Shown here one piece after another: positions 56,091 to 64,000 of a DNA stretch of 64,000 bases. This DNA is from Macrostomum lignano (taxonomy: Eukaryota), in contig NIVC01001000.1 in assembly GCA_002269645.1 (NCBI GenBank), positions 248,001-312,000 on the forward strand. Reading direction: 5' to 3'. The notes beneath the pieces are model-generated. The model was not told the DNA's origin. It worked only from the letters and a program-made list of their open reading frames with translations, and did not search any database. Position 1 is the stretch's first letter. Each line of letters opens with the position of its first letter. The position numbers were made by a program, and so were the translations under genes.

Positions 56091-58420
56091 AATGAATCCG
56101 GAGAGTTGAGTTGTTTGACGGAAAAAATTCGATTGAGTCCAGTTTAGCGGAGACGATTTCAATGTTTTAATTTTGACGGACAGGATTTCTGTTTCGTGGA
56201 GAGGATTTCGATGGTGTTCAGTTTCACGGAGAGGATTTCGATGGTTTTCAGTTGTACGGACAGGATTTTTCTGCTTCGCGGAGAGGATCTTGATGGATTT
56301 GGCATCTTCAATTAGTCAGAGAAGAGAGTAAAGAGAAGAATGAAAAGAGAAGAGAGATGAGATGATAGAAAACAGAGTAGAAATGAGTGGAGAGATTAGA
56401 CATGACAGATGGGAGAGAAGAGGGGAGTAAGGCGGGAACGAAGGAGAGAGAAGAGAAGAGGAGAGAGGAGATGAAGGAAGAGGATATGAGAGAGAAGATA
56501 TGAGATAGAAGAGAGGAGACAGGACAGAGAAGAAAAGAGGGATAAGAGCGCACAGAGGCAATAGAAGAGAGGAAAGAGAGGAGAGAGGTGAGAGTTGAGA
56601 GGAGAGAGATGAAAGATCAGAGATCAGAGATTTGAGAGAAGAAAGTAGTGAGGAGAAAGAAGAGGGTAAAGATGAGAGTGCAGAGAGGAGAGAAACGAGA
56701 GGAGACAGGTGGTAGAAAGGAGTGTAAAAACAGGAGATAAGAAAGGAGAGAGTGAGAGTGAGAGCATATAGGAAAGTGTAAAAGGGGAGCAGAGTAGAGA
56801 GAATAGATAAGTGAGTAGAGAAGAGATATGAGAGAGGAGAGACGAGGGGAGAGAGGAGACAGGAGAGAGTAAATTTGAAAGACCTGGGAGAAGAGATAAA
56901 TAAGATAGTACAGATGAGAGGAGAGAGATGAGAGATGCAAATAGAAAAGAGATAAGTGAGAAAAGAGAGAGAGAGAGATTTGAGAAGAGAGGGGAAAAGA
57001 TGAGAGGAGAAAGGAAAGGGGAGAAGAAAAAATGGAGAGGAGAGAAAAGAAAGGTGACAAGAGACGGTAGTAAGGAGGGCAGAAAGATGGAAGATAAGAA
57101 AGGAGAGGGTGATATGAAAGATATGAGATATGAGAAATGAGAGCAGAGACATGAGAGTCCGAGTCTGGACAATGCCAGTGAGTTTTTGCAAATAGGGAAA
57201 ACAAGATATCCGGTAATTGAAATGCATTGTAGAGGATTTGGAGATGATTTGGAAGATGGGATTCAAGTCATGGAATTTCAGCTGATGGGAGTTCTTCCCC
57301 TTCAGAATTCCAGTGATGGGAGTTCTTCCCCTTTCTCCTCCAGAGGAGGAGTTCCACTCGTCTTAAACTATAATCATATCTCTACCTATAAAAATCAAAA
57401 CTCTGTGTGTGTGTGTGTGTGTGTGGACAATTTTGATCGCTATGGACTCCCAAACCGCTCAACCAAATTACACCAAACTTTACACCCACCCTAAACTCAC
57501 TACGGAGAATGTCTTAGGCTACCTTTAAATTTCCTAAATTTGAGTCTTCCTACCTAAAAGTGCAAAAAACTGCTCAAAATGCGCGATTTTTTTACTAAAG
57601 CCTCCTTAGCGCCGCTCCACTTCTACCGATCCTCTTCAAATTTTACACAATCAATTTTCAACTATTTTGACACAATCGTGTAAAATTCGAGTCTCAAAGT
57701 TAATCCTGAACGGCGCTGTGCACTTTTAAAGTTTGGCTGTTTTATTCAGCGTAGCAACCACCCAACCTCCGCCCGCCTGCCTCTCTTTCCCGATCCCGAT
57801 CTGGGCCCAGATGTGTAAAAGGGTTTCAAAATTGACTAACTTTCAGCTGCCATAAGTTTGCTCCACGTAAAGCGATTGACTTCAAACTTTACACAATTTT
57901 TCATTGACCCATTCTCTATCTTAATGTAAAGTTTCAACTCTGTAACTCAACCGAAAAAGAAACTGTAAGAATGTGAAGTTTGTCTGCTTTTTCTGTTGTT
58001 TGCCGCTCATCCAACTCATTCCCCCAGACGAAGGATCAGGCGATAGGGCTCAATGTACACAGCGAATGTACAGTGTTTTGGAATAACTTTTTAATAGCCT
58101 TCTCTGTACCCCCGCGAGTGGAGAGGCGTGGAGAGGAGAGAGTTTAGCGAGAGATTCAATTTCAAACCATCAAACCACGACCCTCTGAATAGACAAGTCG
58201 CAGCATGCAGTTAAACAAGGATGGCAAATCAAGGCGATACGGGATGGTTTATAAAATATCTAAAAATTAATGAATAACTGATTACAATGCAATCCTACTT
58301 AATTGGTTACACCATGAAAATTTTAACATTAAGATTCGCATAAGGTACTTTAAAATTTAAATGGCCTCCTAAGAAATGCGTATTTCCATGGTACTGCTGC
58401 AGACTGTGGTGGTGGAGCTG

Positions 58421-58800
58421 GAGCCTCTTCATATCACCGATTCGAAAAACGGAACCGGTTCCGAACCAGTTCGACGCTCTTCATATTGATGGTTCGAAAA
58501 ACAGAATCAGTTCCGGAACATGGTTCTGGTTCTAGAATATGGTTCGAGAAATTTTGTCGAACCGTTGTCATGTTTACACTTTAACAGTAAAATATATTTG
58601 AAATCGTCAATTTTTTATTATTGTTATATAATTATTCCTTTTCTGTCATATCCAATAGGAAACAAAGTCAAAGAACGACAAAATTAAATTGTAAAGACTG
58701 TCAAACATAAAATGGGTTCGAAGCTCCTCATTTCACACTGGTTCTGGTTCTAGAACTCGAATTTATTCTGGTTCTAGAACCGATTTTCGTGAAGAGGCTC
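58421..58800. mobile_element. 380-bp MITE, TIR GAGCCTCTTC/GAAGAGGCTC, 3-bp TSD CTG
   Basis: CTG at 58418-58420 and 58801-58803. The homologous site in unit 2 (~61562) is empty. Internal GAACC/GGTTC palindromic motifs are present. Confidence 0.85.
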
Positions 58801-59666
58801 CTGGAGATATACAAATTTCTCTCAGGGCTGCTAATTGGCCAGAAAGATGACGTGATTAAAGCGTGAGAAATGATAACAACCATGATAGTACTACGTCCCA
58901 CAAACTGGCTTTCCAAGCAGGAATCAGCAGATTTTTATCTCAAAGGCCAGATAAAGAATCCAGCTCATAGCTGAGGGGCAGATGAAAGTGGAAAGAAGGA
59001 ATAGACGATTCGAAGAGAGGAGAGGCGACAGAGGGGATAAAAGAAAAGATAAAAGATAATAGGAGAGATGAGGGGGTGAGGACGATGAGAGAGAGGGGGA
59101 GAAGAGGGGAGAGAGGAAAAGCGAGAGGAGAGAGTAGAGATGAGAGAGCAGAGAGCTGCAGATGAGAGGAGAGAGGAGACAGCAGAGAGGAAACAGGTGA
59201 AAGAAGAGATGAGAGAGTAAAGGGAAGAGAGAAGAGATAAAGATACATATCTACATCTCTAAGGTTGTAGAGATAAGAGAGGTGGAAGGAGAGATGAGAA
59301 ATGAGAGATGAGAGATAACGGAGAGAGGAGAGTGGAGTGAGAGAAGAGAGGGAGACAGAGTATAGAAAAGGGAAGAGAAGAAAAAAGAAGAAAGGAGAAA
59401 GGAAAGTGAGGAGTCAAAAGAGGGGAAAGAAAAGAGTACAGAGGAGAGAGGTGAGAGAATATATAAGACAGAGATGCCAGATTAAAGAGGGGGATGAGAG
59501 AGCAGAGACGAGAGTGAACAGATAAAAGATGGGAGAGTAGAGAGAACAGAGGAGAGGTTACAGAGACGAGAGGAGAGAGGAGAGACAAAGGTAGAGAAGT
59601 GAGTGAGGAGAGAGGAGAGGAAAGAGGAGAATGGAGAGGGGAGAGAGTAGAGAGAGGAGGGAGATA

Positions 59667-59835
<169 letters not shown>

Positions 59836-61765
59836 GGGAGGGGAGCAGAGAGAAATGAGAAGAGATAAGAGAGAAAAGATAAAAGAAGAGAAAGGAAAGA
59901 TGAGAGAGCAAAGACGAGAGAGAAAAGAGGTGAGGGAAGAGACGAGAGAAGAGAGGAGAGATGAGAGAGTAGAGGAGAGAGTTAAGAGAAGAGAGAAAAG
60001 AATAGAAAGGAGAATGAAGATCAGAGAGAAGACAGGGTGAGAGGAGAGAGGAGAGAGAAGAGGAGAGAGGAGAGGAGAGAGAGAAAAGAAGAGACAAGAG
60101 ATGAGATAAGAGAGATGAAAGAGAAGAGAGATGAGGGAAGATACGAGAGAAGAGGGGAGAGAGGAGAGACGAGGGACGAGAGAGATGAGAGGAAACAAAG
60201 AGACGATAGAAATTTTAAAGGATCCAAGGGAAGTAGGGAGAGTCAGGGAGAGACCAGAGTTTAGCAATATATGCTTTAGAGTCAGACAGACATTGCCTGA
60301 CATTCTGCGCAGTACCCCAGCCAACAATGTCTCAAACCTTAATTTTACACGAATGTGCTCCATTTTATGTCTACCTCTATCCTACTAACTATTAACAAGT
60401 TTTTGTTTGTGTATGGCCTTAGATTTCAGAATACATGCAAAAGTAGTTCCGGGTATTGGAATTCCCCGGGTTCAAAATCCGCGGGTTTCAACAGCTTGTC
60501 TATCTATAAAAATCAAAACTCTGTGTGTGTGTCTGTGGACAATTTCGTTCGCTATGGACTCCCAAACCACTCAACCAAATGACACCAAACTTTACACCCA
60601 CCCTAAATTTACTACGGAGAATGTCTTAGGCTACTTTTAAATTTCCTAAATTTGAGTCTTCCTACCTAAAAGTGCAAAAAACTGCTCAAAATGCGCGATT
60701 TTTTCACTTAATCCTCCATAGCGCCGCTCAACTTCTACCGATTCTCTTCAAATTTGACACAGACAATTTTCAACTATTTTGACACAATCGTGTAAAATTT
60801 CAAGTCTCAAAGTTAATCCTGAACGGCGCTGTGCACTTTTAAAGTTAGGCTGTTTTTTTCAGCGTAGCAACCACCCCAACCTCCGCCCGCCTGCTTCTCT
60901 TTCCCGATCTGGGCCCAGATGTGTAAAAGGGTTTCAAAATTGACTAACTTTCAGCTGCCATAAGTTTGCTCCACGTAAAGCGATTGACTTCAAACTTGAC
61001 ACAATTCTTCATTGACTCATTCTCTATCTAAATGTAAAGTTTCAACTCTGTAACTCAACCGAAAAAGAAACTGTAAGCGTGTGAAGTTTGTCTGCTTTTC
61101 TGTTGTTTTTGTCACTCACTCACTCATTCCCTCAGAGCCAGACGAAGGGTCAGGCGATAGGACTGAATGTACATAGCAAATGTACAGTGTTTTGGAATAA
61201 CTTTATTTATAGCCTTCTCCTCACCCCGAGAGTGGAGAGGCTACGTTTAGCCATGACAGTTTAGTGAGAAATTCTAACCCCTGCCCTCCCCTCTGTATTG
61301 GCAAACTCTGCAGCAGTTTAACAGTGGATGGCAATTGGCAAATCGAGAGGGAATCCACTATCCAGCAGGGTTTGTAAAAGCGAAGGATTTATGAAAAGGC
61401 GATGCGATGCAATGCAATGCAATACAACCCTACTAAATTAGGCACACCATGGAAATTTTAGGTTTCTTTTAAAGGTACTGTGTAAATTTTAAATGGCCTC
61501 CTAAGAAATGCGTATTTCCTTGGTTGTTAGACTGATGCAAATTGCAGACTGCAGTGGAGCTGAAGATACACAAATTCCTTTCAGGGCTGCAAATTAGCAA
61601 GAAAGATGACGTGATCTAAGCATGAGAACAGATGAGAGATTACAGAGACGAGAGGAGAGAGGAGAGACAAAGGTAGAGAAGTGAGTGAGGAGAGAGGAGA
61701 GGAAAGAGGAGAATGGAGAGGGGATAGAGTAGAGAGAGGAGGAGAGATAAGAGAGAAAGACAGAG

Positions 61766-61852
<87 letters not shown>

Positions 61853-63300
61853 GGGGAGCAGAGAGAAATGAGAAGAGATAAGAGAGATAAGATAAGAGAA
61901 AGGAAAGATGAGAGAGCAAAGATGAGAGATAAAAGAGGTGAGGGAAGAGACGAGAGAAGAGGGGAGAGATGAGAGAGTAGAGGAGAGAGTTAAGAGAAGA
62001 GAGAAAAGAATAGAAAGGAGAAGGAAGATAAGAGAGAAGAGGGGTGAGAGGAGAGAGGAGAGGGGGAGAGAGGAGAGAGGAGAGGAGAGAGAAAACGAAA
62101 AAAGTAGAGAGGAGAGAGGAGAGGAGAGAGAAAACGAAAAAAATAGAGAGGAGAGAGGAGAGGAGAGAGAAAACGAAAAAGTAGAGAGGAGAGAGGAGAG
62201 GAGAGAGAAAAGAAGAGACAAGAGATGAGATAAGAGTCTCTACCTATAGACTCTTTCAGGTCTTTAAGAGTCTCTACCTATAAAAGTCAAAACTCTGTCT
62301 GTGTGTGGACAATTTTGATCGCTATGGACTCCCAAACCGCTCAACCAAATGACACCAAATTTTACACCCACCCTAAACTCACTACGGAGAATGTCTAAGG
62401 CTACCTTTAAATTTCCTAAATTTGAGTCTTCCTACCTAAAAGTACAAAAAACTGCTCAAAATGCGCGATTTTTTCACTTAATCCTCCATAGCGCCGCTCC
62501 ACTTCTACCGATTCTCTTTAAATTTGACACAGGCAATTTTCAACTATTTTGACACAATCGTGTGAAATTTCAAATCTCAAAGTTAATCCTGAAAGCCGCT
62601 GTGCACTTTTAAAGTTAGGCTGTTTTTTTCAGCGTAGCAACCACCCCAACCTCCGCCCGCCTGCTTCTCTTTCCCGATCTGGGCCCAGATGTGTAAAAGG
62701 GTTTCAAAATTGACTAACTTTCAGCTGCCATAAGTTTGCTCCACGTAAAGCGATTGACTTCAAACTTTACACAATTTTTCATTGACCCATTCTCTATCTT
62801 AATGTAAAGTTTCAACTCTGTAACTCAACCGAAAAAGAAACTGTAAGAATGTGAAGTTTGTCTGCTTTTTCTGTTGTTTGCCGCTCATCCAACTCATTCC
62901 CCCAGACGAAGGATCAGGCGATAGGGCTCAATGTACACAGCGAATCTACAGTGTTTTGGAATAACTTTTTAATAGCCTTCTCTGTACCCCCCGCGAGTGG
63001 AGAGGCGTGGAGAGGAGAGAGTTTAGCGAGAGATTCAATTTCAAACCATCAAACCACGACCCTCTGAATAGACAAGTCGCAGCATGCAGTTAAACAAGGA
63101 TGGCAAATCAAGGCGATACGGGATGGTTTATAAAAATATCTAAAAATTAATGAATAACTGATTACAATGCAATCCTACTTAATTGGTTACACCATGAAAA
63201 TTTTAACATTAAGATTCGCATAAGGTACTTTAAAATTTAAATGGCCTCCTAAGAAATGCGTATTTCCATGGTACTGCTGCAGACTGTGGTGGTGGAGCTG

Positions 63301-63680
63301 GAGCCTCTTCATATCACCGATTCGAAAAACGGAACCGGTTCGGAACCAGTTCGACGCTCTTCATATTGATGGTTCGAAAAACAGAATCAGTTCCGGAACA
63401 TGGTTCTGGTTCTAGAATATGGTTCGAGAAATTTTGTCGAACCGTTGTCATGTTTACACTTTAACAGTAAAATATATTTGAAATCGTCAATTTTTTATTA
63501 TTGTTATATAATTATTCCTTTTCTGTCATATCCAAGAGGAAACAAAGTCAAAGAACGACAAAATTAAATTGTAAAGACTGTCAAACATAAAATGGGTTCG
63601 AAGCTCCTCATTTCACACTGGTTCTGGTTCTAGAACTCGAATTTATTCTGGTTCTAGAACCGATTTTCGTGAAGAGGCTC
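63301..63680. mobile_element. Second copy of the 380-bp MITE in unit 3
   Basis: Same TIRs, TSD and flanks as 58421-58800. Confidence 0.85.
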
Positions 63681-64000
63681 CTGGAGATATACAAATTTCT
63701 CTCAAATTCCTTTCAGGGCTGCAAATTGGCAAGAAAGATGACGTGATCAAAGCATGAGAACAACCATGAGAGTACTACGTCCCACAAACTGGCTTTCCAA
63801 GCAGGGATGGGCATACTTTTACCTCAAAGGCCAGATAAAGAATCCAGCTCATAGCTGAGGGGCAGATGAAAGTGGAAAGAAGAAGGAATAGACGATTCGA
63901 AGAGAGGAGAGGCGACAGAGGGGATAAAAGAAAAGATAAAAGATAATAGGAGAGATGAGGGGGTGAGGACGATGAGAGAGAGGGGAGAAGAGGGGAGAGA

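Overview
Eukaryotic (animal) genomic DNA with spliceosomal GT-AG introns, TTAGGG-like repeats and very repeat-rich introns. The overall character resembles a free-living flatworm such as Macrostomum, but that is only an inference. The main discovery is a cluster of five intron-containing thrombospondin type-1 (TSP1) repeat genes spanning 16.3-51.6 kb, which I assembled by hand from splice sites and reading phase. One is a predicted secreted 7xTSP1+FN3 gene (E, minus strand). It lies head-to-head with three tandem genes (A, B, C, plus strand), followed by a convergent gene (D, minus strand). A-D encode predicted type II membrane proteins: a divergent cytoplasmic N-tail, a signal anchor, a shared C-x2-[LI]-[QED]-R-G-x2-C motif and 2, 3, 5 or at least 4 TSP1 repeats. 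All five share a phase-2 intron inside an atypical first TSP1 repeat and add further repeats as phase 1-1 exons. The long intron of gene E contains an intronless PAN + C-type lectin gene and a near-intact Ty3/Gypsy element. The window also has an intronless PDZ/synaptopodin-2-like gene, two tRNA-headed SINE families (one with a CORE/MIR-like domain), THAP/P-element, FLYWCH-MULE and Crypton-like remnants, a tandem Helitron-like array with a polymorphic MITE, and many mini- and microsatellites. These satellites account for most of the long spurious ORFs. No database searches were run, so all family calls rest on motif recognition.
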